A stretch of 64,000 nt of DNA from an uncultured virus (IMG/VR IMGVR_UViG_3300033153_014157) (lineage: Duplodnaviria; Heunggongvirae; Uroviricota; Caudoviricetes): IMG/VR virus record IMGVR_UViG_3300033153_014157; one strand, written 5' to 3'. Shown here one piece after another: positions 9,948-19,140 of the stretch; the stretch's first letter is position 1, and every line of letters begins with the position of its first letter. The notes under the pieces were generated by a model. It saw nothing but the letters and a program-made list of their open reading frames with translations. It was not told where the DNA came from and did not search any database. Both the position numbers and the translations under genes were made by a program.

Positions 9948-10736
9948 GTGCGAAATCATGCATTGGTGACACTAATGCGTTTACTCGTTAACAAGCATAA
10001 AAAGAAGACGCTATATGGATTGCCAAAAACAACAGGGCTCGTTGATTGGGAAGAAGGGGTATCCGAATCATTATTCATGTCATTGACATTCTTTTTCTTT
10101 ATCGGTATATTTCTATTTTTATCAGATTTCGTGGCACTATTATTGAATCCGACCACTATTTTTTACATCATATTATTGTTATTTGGAATCACGATGAACA
10201 TTCCGGCACTGATTGACATTCGAAAAAACATAACCACGTCAAGCGTGTTAAAGGGCATCGGGTTGGGTTTTATATGCCTGATTGTTTTATCCATGATGGG
10301 ACTAATATTTAACATGATTCCCGGTTTCACGTTGTTAGAAACCACGCCAGTCACGCCTGCGCCGCTAACATTCGTGCAACGGGTATCCTACCAAGTCACG
10401 TTCGTTGCGTTTGCCGAAGAGCTGGTGTATAGAAACACGCTTCCACAACTAATATCGACAATGATACTTGAAGGGATTGAAATGGCGAAAAAAACGCCCA
10501 GCAAGAATGTCGAAATCATCATTCTCACGGTATCATTTGAAATTTCAAGCCTTTTATTCGGCTTCACGCATTATTTCGCATACGGGGGTAACATGATGCA
10601 GGTGTTCATTGCATTCATTGCGGGCACCATACTGAGCATGTTTCGCATAATCGGAAACTTGTTCTCAACGACATTTGCACACTTGTTATATAACCTGACA
10701 TCAATAAGCCTGTTCTCATTATCGCCGCAATTATGA
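9948..10736 (+). CDS. CPBP (CAAX/Rce1-like) intramembrane metalloprotease
   Basis: Multiple TM segments; AEELVYR, FGFTH, AHLLYN motifs. Confidence 0.85.
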   Translation: MRNHALVTLMRLLVNKHKKKTLYGLPKTTGLVDWEEGVSESLFMSLTFFFFIGIFLFLSDFVALLLNPTTIFYIILLLFGITMNIPALIDIRKNITTSSVLKGIGLGFICLIVLSMMGLIFNMIPGFTLLETTPVTPAPLTFVQRVSYQVTFVAFAEELVYRNTLPQLISTMILEGIEMAKKTPSKNVEIIILTVSFEISSLLFGFTHYFAYGGNMMQVFIAFIAGTILSMFRIIGNLFSTTFAHLLYNLTSISLFSLSPQL

Positions 10737-10747
10737 TAAAAAAAGAG

Positions 10748-12223
10748 TTAAACAAGCACGTGCTGAATGCGCTCTAAATATTTTAATAAATCTTTTTTCG
10801 TGTTTTTGATTTCGCCCGCAATGACCGCGTCTTCTAGCATTTTTTTTGCCTTGCCTATCACTCGCCCGTATTTTGAGTTCCACGCTTTAGTGACATTTGG
10901 TGGCGGAAAACCTAAATATTCAACCAGCTCGTTTCCAGTTATTACAAGCTTTAATTTTTCCAATTGTTTGCGTTCGCTCTCATCAAAATTCTTGATTTCG
11001 TTGATCACCTTGTCAAAAAGCCTTGTCTTTCCGAGCACGTGGCATTCTCTATCTGCTACCGTTAGCTCTAATAGCCTATCTAATTCGCTACCAGCATCTC
11101 GTATTAGCCTTCTAATTCCCTTTTGACCAATGTTCACGCTAATCCGCATGTGCATTTTAATCAATAATGACACGCGTTTTATCACGTTGTTTGAATATTT
11201 CAGGCGCAACATTTCCGCAATAGGAAGCTCCGATTCTTCGTGCTTCGGCGACCTTATTTCTCCGTTTTCATCGATTATCGTGTGGTCAAGCTTGCCGTAA
11301 TCATGTAATAATGCAGCAAGCCTAGTTATCAGGTCTTTGCTCTTTATTCTTGATAGAACCGCTATGGAATGCCACCCAACAGTGTCGTCGTGGTACTTTT
11401 GATTTTGCCTCACCTTAAACAGCGCGTCTAACGTTGGGAGAACGAATTGTAATATGTTCAGCTCCTTCATTAACTTGAAATACTTGTCAGGGTTATCTTG
11501 TAATAAGATCTTGTTTAATTCGTCCCTTATTCGCTCGACTGGTATCAGCCTGAATTTTTTTAGGCGCGCCTCCAAGCGTGGAAATGTTATTTCTGCATCG
11601 TTAAAATACTGCATCATTGCTGTTCTAGTTTCTGGCTCAATCCCAAATTCATATTTACTTGCAAACCTAACGGCACGGAATATCCGCGTCGGGTCATCAT
11701 AAAACGTCACCAATGGTTCTAAAGGTGTCCTTATTAGACCCGCCTTTAAGTCGCTCACTCCATTGCCAGTTATGTCTATTATTCGCTTGCTGGAACTCGT
11801 GTTAACGCATACCGCTAGCGTGTTAATCGTGAAATCACGGCGTAGAAGGTCGTCTTCTAGCGTCCCCCTAGTCACGTTAGGCTTGAACGACTCCGGGTCG
11901 TAAGATTCTTTTCTTGAACGGACTAACTCCACGTCCACGTCAAGCACTTTAAACTGCACAGTGCCGTATCGCGGAAATCTAGATATTTTTGATATTGAAT
12001 AGCCAAGTTTTTCCCTAATATAGCCCACGAGCTTTTCCGTGAATTCGAACACGTCCCCCTTAGTTATCACTAGATCTACATCCTTACTCTCGCGCCTTAA
12101 TAACAGATCTCTAACATACCCACCAACTACATAGGTTGGCACGTTGACCTGATCTGCAAGCTCGCCTATAGCATTTAGTATTATTCGTTCACGCGCGTGT
12201 AAGATGTCGTTATTATTTACCAA
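10748..12223 (-). CDS. cca: Class II (bacterial-type) CCA-adding tRNA nucleotidyltransferase with HD domain
   Basis: VVGGYVRD, DVDL, EDDLLRRDFTIN, DDPTRIFRAVRFA, ERIRDEL, LLHDYGK. Confidence 0.85.
   Translation of the reverse strand: MVNNNDILHARERIILNAIGELADQVNVPTYVVGGYVRDLLLRRESKDVDLVITKGDVFEFTEKLVGYIREKLGYSISKISRFPRYGTVQFKVLDVDVELVRSRKESYDPESFKPNVTRGTLEDDLLRRDFTINTLAVCVNTSSSKRIIDITGNGVSDLKAGLIRTPLEPLVTFYDDPTRIFRAVRFASKYEFGIEPETRTAMMQYFNDAEITFPRLEARLKKFRLIPVERIRDELNKILLQDNPDKYFKLMKELNILQFVLPTLDALFKVRQNQKYHDDTVGWHSIAVLSRIKSKDLITRLAALLHDYGKLDHTIIDENGEIRSPKHEESELPIAEMLRLKYSNNVIKRVSLLIKMHMRISVNIGQKGIRRLIRDAGSELDRLLELTVADRECHVLGKTRLFDKVINEIKNFDESERKQLEKLKLVITGNELVEYLGFPPPNVTKAWNSKYGRVIGKAKKMLEDAVIAGEIKNTKKDLLKYLERIQHVLV
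11061..11071 (-). repeat. Dispersed motif TTAGAGCTAAC (copy 2)
   Basis: gttagctctaa on + strand; encodes LELT. Confidence 0.9.
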
Positions 12224-12332
12224 TTATTTCACCACTCTTTTGTTAATTATCATTCTTGTATTTTAAAAGATTATAGATTTTAACCCTGCCACGAAAATAT
12301 TATTAAATAGGCGTGAGTGATAAAATGACAAG

Positions 12333-12677
12333 GTGTTTTACATGAAGGTCCATAAAAACGATCTCGGTTTGTTAAATTTTTTCGAGCCGTTAGAACACAA
12401 AGTCGGCTCGCTACTACCTAATCACGAAGTCGAGACGTGCATAAGCACTAAAAAAATTACCGTGACGCTCGCAATACGCGGCAACTTTCTTCAGAAAACA
12501 CGATCTGTAGCAAAGGACTTGGGTTTTGAAATTGCTGACGATGGAATAATGATTTCCGACAGTGGTAATGACCCTCAGAAAATACGCAAGAAACTCGCAA
12601 AAAAAGTCGAGGAGTTCATGAATAGCACGTTCAAGCGGAGCGGTAGTGATAGGCGCGTTCGATTAGCAAAGTCTTAA
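12333..12677 (+). CDS. Hypothetical protein
   Basis: 114 aa ORF divergent from cca. Confidence 0.55.
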   Translation: MFYMKVHKNDLGLLNFFEPLEHKVGSLLPNHEVETCISTKKITVTLAIRGNFLQKTRSVAKDLGFEIADDGIMISDSGNDPQKIRKKLAKKVEEFMNSTFKRSGSDRRVRLAKS

Positions 12678-12693
12678 TTTTGAAACGCTCGTT

Positions 12694-12740
12694 GTTAGCT
12701 CTATCTTACTTGTTGAAAATTATAACGTATTAGAGCTAAC
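12694..12740. repeat. Inverted pair of the dispersed motif (10 bp perfect arms, 27 nt spacer) between convergent genes; includes copy 3 at 12730..12740
   Basis: gttagctcta 12694..12703 and tagagctaac 12731..12740. Confidence 0.85.
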
Positions 12741-12785
12741 CATTAAAAAATAAGGGTTTAAAAAAAGGATTGATTCTTTCTCGGT

Positions 12786-14252
12786 TTATATCGGGACGAC
12801 TTTCTTTATTCTAGATTTCACTACTTTATATAGAACGTATAACACGATTCCAACAACCACTATTATGACAGCGATTATCGCAATCATGATGAATATTGCC
12901 TGAATGTCACTAACTATTCCTGGCGCAGCAACGTGCCCTTCACTTGCGCCAGACGTGAATACCGCTAACGCCCTGTCACCAACAATCTCGTTTGGGTCGC
13001 CAAGAAACCCTTCGTCAGGCACGTATGGCGTGTAATCATAATAACTCTTGACCGATAAGGTGACTTCTACTAATTGCTTTCTATAAATGTTTGTTGAAGT
13101 CACGCCGACGCTACAGGTTTCAGATTTTACACTCATAGCCATCTGGTTTATCACGTCCCACGCCTGAGTTAAAAAGTTATATGACAGCTGATAGTCACCT
13201 CGAATCCAATGGTGCGTCACGAGGTAGTCCTTTATTATTGGCGATGCCCTTACAAAAAACTTTGACTTCACGTCTAATAACGTGTCACCAAGCCTATAGT
13301 CATAAAATGCCAAATCAGTCACGTTAACTCCAGTGTTTGTTTCCCGTTCCAAAGGGGCACCTGCCGTTGATGTTTCAAGGCTCCCCCCATTTACTACTTC
13401 CACGTCCTTCGTATAACCATTATACACTCCATATAGGTCACCAAATTCTTCTATCATGTATTCAGATAGTGCGCCATTTTCACCAACTGCCGAACTTTCA
13501 TAATCGGGAACTATTATGTCGTGCTGCCCTGACGTTCCATTAAGGACCGTCACGTTACTGGCTTTCACGTTTGTTATTCCTATCCAATACTTGAACAAGG
13601 GATCGAACGTGTAAACACCAGACGTGCCATTTAATACTTCTGCAGGGACGTGCGTGTAGCTGGGATTTATTCTAAATCGCAATAACAGGTTTCCAACTGC
13701 CTCGCTTAATGCATGATTTTCAAAATCAGAACCATATTCGTAATTTCGCATTTCAAATGGAACCACTGCATCTTGCATGTATACGGTACCAATTAGGTGA
13801 GCTGTATTTATCAGTAATCCAGTCTTGTCGCTTCGACTAATCTGAAAGTAATTTTGTAACGCCTCAGTTTTTATCAATAGTTCAAACACCAATTTTATGT
13901 CACGTGAGAAAACTACTTTTTGCGTCCACGTGCCATTAGGATATTGAATTTGTGCAAGTTCTTCACCATAGTCTATCATGTCATAGGTGTTTGGTCCACT
14001 CAATTCGGCGCGTATTGATGGCATTCCAAGAGAAGTCAGGTCAAAATATCCGTTAACTCCATCCACAACTGCGCCACTACCTAATACGAATCCATCAACA
14101 TTTGCACTTATCAAGTTTGGATATAATTCATTCCAATCTTCGCCGCCATCCTGCGCGATTACGGGAACCATTATCACGTGAAACATCGCAAAATAACTAC
14201 TAAGCATTACCAAGAGAACCACGATTACTGATGCCATTCTATTCCGATTCAC
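12786..14252 (-). CDS. Secreted type I membrane (glyco)protein
   Basis: N-terminal signal-like helix, several NxS/T sequons, C-terminal TM helix plus basic tail. Confidence 0.75.
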   Translation of the reverse strand: MNRNRMASVIVVLLVMLSSYFAMFHVIMVPVIAQDGGEDWNELYPNLISANVDGFVLGSGAVVDGVNGYFDLTSLGMPSIRAELSGPNTYDMIDYGEELAQIQYPNGTWTQKVVFSRDIKLVFELLIKTEALQNYFQISRSDKTGLLINTAHLIGTVYMQDAVVPFEMRNYEYGSDFENHALSEAVGNLLLRFRINPSYTHVPAEVLNGTSGVYTFDPLFKYWIGITNVKASNVTVLNGTSGQHDIIVPDYESSAVGENGALSEYMIEEFGDLYGVYNGYTKDVEVVNGGSLETSTAGAPLERETNTGVNVTDLAFYDYRLGDTLLDVKSKFFVRASPIIKDYLVTHHWIRGDYQLSYNFLTQAWDVINQMAMSVKSETCSVGVTSTNIYRKQLVEVTLSVKSYYDYTPYVPDEGFLGDPNEIVGDRALAVFTSGASEGHVAAPGIVSDIQAIFIMIAIIAVIIVVVGIVLYVLYKVVKSRIKKVVPI

Positions 14253-14268
14253 TCAGACCATCTCTCCT

Positions 14269-15405
14269 TCATATCGCGAATATTGGATTGTAATAGTTAT
14301 CTATTTGATCCACAAAGAACGCAATGCTCGACACGTTACTAATAACGTCCAGTTCTATGTATAAAACTACTGAAGTAGAAACGGCAAGCGTGACCGTTGC
14401 ATTGTAACTCGGTAGTGAATATACAGTTGTATTTATGCCGAATACCGTGACGTTTTCTACAGCCCCTGCGAATCCAATGTATAATCCACCCGTAGAACAA
14501 TTGTTTGCAAGACCTAACGTGCCTCTGAACGATTTTGGCACGTAATACCCGTATCCGAGATAACTAGTACCGTAACTATCGCCTGTCAACGACAATTCCA
14601 TGTATAACTCGTGATGACCGACCGTCAGGTCAGAAGCATTAAAATTACCATAGCTGCCGTCAAGCTTGTAAAAACTTGCGTTGAAATCGGAAGTATTTGC
14701 GAGCTTCCATAAGAATACCGTATTCACGAATGGGTCTGACACGTTATCCCGCGCATATATTGTAAACGTCAGGTTATTATAACCAGAAACGTATATGAAC
14801 CCTAGCGATGCATTATCGACGTGGAACATTTCCCCGTTATACACTGTAGTAGTCACGTTCTCCGTTTCATAGTCGAGCACGCTAACTTGGATCGTCCCTG
14901 AAGGCAACTCACTACCATTAAACGCGTCTTTTACCATGACTTTGACCCACCCACTTTGGAAACCCTCTGGCGCAGCGGGTGGTCTGCCTGTCTGTGAATA
15001 GTATTCTGGCGACATCGTCAGCTTGTTATTCACGCCTAGCCACAACGTGATCGGCGTGCTGACGATTAACAACACAATGGCAAGCACGACCAGTGGTCTT
15101 TGAAGGTAACGCTTCCACGTGGTCGTCAATGACAACTTGTAATAATATAGCGTCCAAGCGAGCAGCCCTAAGCCTAGCACCGCGACAGGTATTGCCAATA
15201 GGTTTAGTACGGCAAGCATTTCGTTACTAACGGGTATCTGCATTCCAGCAATTCCATACAACGTCTGGTAAGGATCACCACTTAGTGAAAACCTGAAATA
15301 TGCAAATACAGGAAGGACTATCATCAACACGATACTCACGGCAACTATCAAGATTAGCAAGATGTTGCGAGTCGTAAAAAAGCTTGATTTATACCTTCTT
15401 TTCAT
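14269..15405 (-). CDS. Membrane protein, 3 N-terminal TM helices and extracellular beta-rich glycosylated domain
   Basis: Hydrophobicity pattern and many NxS/T sequons. Confidence 0.7.
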   Translation of the reverse strand: MKRRYKSSFFTTRNILLILIVAVSIVLMIVLPVFAYFRFSLSGDPYQTLYGIAGMQIPVSNEMLAVLNLLAIPVAVLGLGLLAWTLYYYKLSLTTTWKRYLQRPLVVLAIVLLIVSTPITLWLGVNNKLTMSPEYYSQTGRPPAAPEGFQSGWVKVMVKDAFNGSELPSGTIQVSVLDYETENVTTTVYNGEMFHVDNASLGFIYVSGYNNLTFTIYARDNVSDPFVNTVFLWKLANTSDFNASFYKLDGSYGNFNASDLTVGHHELYMELSLTGDSYGTSYLGYGYYVPKSFRGTLGLANNCSTGGLYIGFAGAVENVTVFGINTTVYSLPSYNATVTLAVSTSVVLYIELDVISNVSSIAFFVDQIDNYYNPIFAI

Positions 15406-15715
15406 GATGACAACCTCTACTAAAAAATCGTCAATTAATACGAATCTACCACGCCTTGTTATTAAATGTTTTTTAACTTTGAAAAAGATCGAATCATTGA
15501 AATCGTGTAATCAAAGGTCAATCAGGGCGCAAGATCCACGACCACTAAAAATAATTCGTCATCACGTGAAAGCGCAAGCCAGCCCGATCACGAACATTGC
15601 AACCATTACACGTGCCCGCCCGTGATTTTTGTCGAGAACGCGAAAAACGGAATCATTTATATATGTCGAGAGAGGTAATGAAATATTAGAAACTTCAACG
15701 AGGTGATGTTGAAAA

Positions 15716-16000
15716 ATGGCAAGATACAAAATTGCGTGGTCAAACGTGATAAAAATCATTGTAGGAATCTTGTTACTCCTGATATTTGCACCGCTATTTA
15801 CTTCACTTACACTTAATCAATTTGGTATTCTTAATTGTTTATTTTCTGACATGGTACACTCGTTAGCAAGTGGGTATAATGGTTTTCCAGATTTATCATT
15901 TCATCTAGGTTTAGATATAATCTATTTTGTAATGGTCATGATTGGGTGCATGTTGATCATATCAGGAACTCCGCCTATAAAACGCGTGATTGATTATTAA
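15716..16000 (+). CDS. Small 2-TM membrane protein
   Basis: GAGGTGA upstream; two hydrophobic helices. Confidence 0.65.
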   Translation: MARYKIAWSNVIKIIVGILLLLIFAPLFTSLTLNQFGILNCLFSDMVHSLASGYNGFPDLSFHLGLDIIYFVMVMIGCMLIISGTPPIKRVIDY

Positions 16001-16180
16001 CACGTGCTGGCGTTTGAGAATACACAACTTATTTTTTTCTATTCTATTTTTATTACAAATCACAAGATATCTTGTAAACAGATAATTTTTTGATTGCATT
16101 TTAAATTAATGACGAAAAGATATTAATCTTAGATTCACAAATTTATTACCAACTTGATTATCGGGTTAAAGTGATATAGA

Positions 16181-17188
16181 ATGAAAAAACGCAATATTGT
16201 ATTCACGGCAATCATTATTTCTGTATTCATCATCTCTATCGTGTTAGGATTATCTGTCTTTATGAACAATGCAATTCAAAACACAAACGACTACAATATA
16301 TCTCTAATTAATTCATCGGTAAGTAACTATTCTTTGAGCTGGACGACTTCAAACTTCACGACGAACTTTACTGATGCTTACGGAAACCTTGAAACGACAA
16401 ATAACAACTTTAGAATCCGTGAACAAAGCTACACTGAAACGTTTTATGATAGTCTAATCGGGTACACGTTTAGTGGCACAGGCGCACATGCTGGCGACTG
16501 GTGTATAGAAGATTATCCCATCGAACCTGGGGACTACTATAGACATCTTGTAACATCATATAATGCATTAATAAAGGGGGAGTGGACTTATAGATTCAAG
16601 TCAATATATTACAACTTTACTAACAGATACTTTTCTGTTCACATGCGAACTCATAAAGATACTACTTCTCCAACATTGATAAAAATGAAAAATCTAGATA
16701 GTAGTTACACCACTGTTTTATCTCTGCTAGACAACAGCATTATTTTTGATCCAACAGATGTTTCAAAATATTCTCAACATACGTGGACTATTTCTGATTC
16801 TTATCACCGCGGAAGCGGTAGAGATCAGCTCGTCATGGACGCAGAAACGTGGTGGTCATTAGGAGAATTTCAAGCTCCATCGTTATACATTCACGATTAT
16901 AGTGGACCAGTCGCTTCGTGGTATGAACACGATACCAACACGACATTGTATAGCAATGTCATAGACCTTGACGGCACGAAGCGCGTTAATAACATCACGT
17001 TGCACGGCTTGACCTTGCCTAACGACACCAACCGCGGCTCGACTAATGTTAGCATTGACGTGCAGGTATATTACGGAGGGCAATGGAGTAATTGGGTTAC
17101 CGTGCACTCTGGTCAGAACCTCAGTTATTCGGCACAGAAGTTGCGCATCAATGTCACCGCGTTCCGTTGTTTTCTTATAGCCAGCTAG
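16181..17188 (+). CDS. Surface glycoprotein, N-terminal part (frameshifted relative to 17092..18930)
   Basis: Signal anchor, N/T/S-rich; ends where the overlapping frame becomes plausible. Confidence 0.65.
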   Translation: MKKRNIVFTAIIISVFIISIVLGLSVFMNNAIQNTNDYNISLINSSVSNYSLSWTTSNFTTNFTDAYGNLETTNNNFRIREQSYTETFYDSLIGYTFSGTGAHAGDWCIEDYPIEPGDYYRHLVTSYNALIKGEWTYRFKSIYYNFTNRYFSVHMRTHKDTTSPTLIKMKNLDSSYTTVLSLLDNSIIFDPTDVSKYSQHTWTISDSYHRGSGRDQLVMDAETWWSLGEFQAPSLYIHDYSGPVASWYEHDTNTTLYSNVIDLDGTKRVNNITLHGLTLPNDTNRGSTNVSIDVQVYYGGQWSNWVTVHSGQNLSYSAQKLRINVTAFRCFLIAS

Positions 17189-18930
17189 ATCCGTATCCAG
17201 TCGGGTATAATGATTCTGTTGATGCCTCCATATATATCGAAACATTTGCACTGTTAATGTATTCGAACGGCACGCCTACACCATACATGAATTACACGAC
17301 AGATAATTGGAGCACGTTTCACGTGGTTTCGCTACACGACACGTTCATATCTAGTGGAAGGTATCACGGCACGATACCCGCGCAGCCGATCTACACGTTC
17401 GTCAGGTATTATTATAATGCGACGAGTTACAACGGCACGCACTACTTCACGTCAGTGTCTGACGAGTATAACTACACGGTAATTGATACTTATCCTCCAG
17501 ACATCATTCACGACAACAGCTCGACCAACTCGTTTATAGGAGTGTCCAATCCGCATCCATATCCGAGCGTGACATCATTGACCATGAACGTTAGAGCTAA
17601 CGACGAGGTTACCGATGTCGGTCAGGGCGATGTCAAGCTACATTATGACATCAATGGCAGTTTCGCCGTTTCTAACATGACGCGCAACGGCACGTCTGAC
17701 CATTTCTATCACACCATTAATTATAATCCCTCGACCGTGCTTTCTACAAATGGTGGCTACATCAAGTATTTCATCGAGGCGCGTGATAAGAACAGCACGC
17801 CTAACATTGCATATTCGGGGAACTATACCATTCGAATTGACGACCAACATCCTTCCGTATCCGACATTTACATCGACCCTAACAGGAAGGTGCTGCCGAC
17901 CGATCCAGACACGACAGAATATTCCGATTTGGTTGACGTGTATTGTAACATTACTGACGACAACGCGCTCGGCTCGCTATATTTGGTATGGTCTGCAACG
18001 AGTTTTGCAACTAACAGTTCGCACGTTGCGCTAACGCACGTTTCAGGAAACCGATATAAAACCGCAACTAAGATTCCAAAGCAGAATTACGGCACGACCA
18101 TTCATTATGCCATTCACGTCGAAGATAGTTATGGTAACGCTCAGGAAGTCGTTGGTAGTTACTATGTCAGTGATTTTACCGCACCCGACATTTTGAGCAT
18201 CGCGCAAGAACCGCTTGCTGTCGGGATCGACACGCCAGTCACGGTCACAGTCAATGTTTACGAGAGTTCTTTGGGATCGGGAATCGCGGCTGTGTATCTA
18301 CAATACAGGTACACTAATTCAAGCGGACACTATTCCGATGTTTTAACGGTATTAATGGACTCCGTTAATGGAAACACGTATTCTGGAATAATCGAGGGAT
18401 TACCACTCGGCACGCACGTTCAATACCTCACAATAGTGATTGATAGTGCCGGAAATGCAGATATATCCGACCTTTACGAGTATGACGTGATAGACATCGG
18501 AACGTATACCGATTGGGCTGTATTCTTGCTTTATGTCATCATTGGCGCGACGCCTCTTGCTGGACCGATAGTTGCGGAAACAGTGTACTCGTCAAAATCG
18601 CTATCTGGTGCTGCTGGTAAAAAGACGAAGATGCAAAAAATGATCCGGTATGCCGGGTGGGGAATACTTGCTGCCATACCAATAGGTATAGGAATGTTGA
18701 TGGGGCTCGGCATCACTCCAATAAAACTAAGCGGGCTATCACTGTCTGAGTTCCTAGCAGAACCGGTATTGGCAACACAATTCTCTGGAATGATTTCAAT
18801 AATGATAATAATAGCAATCGCGCTGACATCTGTAGGAATCGCATTACTGTTAAAGAATGTCAAGAAAAACGCATCTACAAAACGCATCGTTCTGAAGCCG
18901 TTCAAGAGAAGCACTCGGCACGGGCGCTAA
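17092..18930 (+). CDS. Surface glycoprotein, C-terminal part: repeated Ig-like domains and 3 TM helices
   Basis: Repeated D..PP.I / TIP.Q..GT.V.Y.I...D..GN units; C-terminal TM segments; no own signal peptide. Confidence 0.7.
   Translation: MGYRALWSEPQLFGTEVAHQCHRVPLFSYSQLDPYPVGYNDSVDASIYIETFALLMYSNGTPTPYMNYTTDNWSTFHVVSLHDTFISSGRYHGTIPAQPIYTFVRYYYNATSYNGTHYFTSVSDEYNYTVIDTYPPDIIHDNSSTNSFIGVSNPHPYPSVTSLTMNVRANDEVTDVGQGDVKLHYDINGSFAVSNMTRNGTSDHFYHTINYNPSTVLSTNGGYIKYFIEARDKNSTPNIAYSGNYTIRIDDQHPSVSDIYIDPNRKVLPTDPDTTEYSDLVDVYCNITDDNALGSLYLVWSATSFATNSSHVALTHVSGNRYKTATKIPKQNYGTTIHYAIHVEDSYGNAQEVVGSYYVSDFTAPDILSIAQEPLAVGIDTPVTVTVNVYESSLGSGIAAVYLQYRYTNSSGHYSDVLTVLMDSVNGNTYSGIIEGLPLGTHVQYLTIVIDSAGNADISDLYEYDVIDIGTYTDWAVFLLYVIIGATPLAGPIVAETVYSSKSLSGAAGKKTKMQKMIRYAGWGILAAIPIGIGMLMGLGITPIKLSGLSLSEFLAEPVLATQFSGMISIMIIIAIALTSVGIALLLKNVKKNASTKRIVLKPFKRSTRHGR
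17590..17601 (+). repeat. Dispersed motif GTTAGAGCTAAC (copy 4, full 12-mer)
   Basis: Exact match; encodes VRAN. Confidence 0.9.
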
Positions 18931-18946
18931 TGCGCGAAACGAGCCA

Positions 18947-18966
18947 TTTTTTAATTTTATTTTTTT
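18947..18966 (+). terminator. T-rich archaeal-type terminator candidate
   Basis: T tracts directly after stop at 18930. Confidence 0.4.
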
Positions 18967-19140
18967 AGTCACGGGACGGGTAGTTGCACGCAAATTTTTT
19001 CAAAAATTAATTTCAATAAAAAGCGCGATCTGTAACATCTGACAGAATCATGCACGACTTTTGATGTTTTGCTCGTTTGACCATTTCATTTTAAGAAAAA
19101 ATAAAAAAATAATGCTGTACTTGATGACGGCAAGCTCAAG

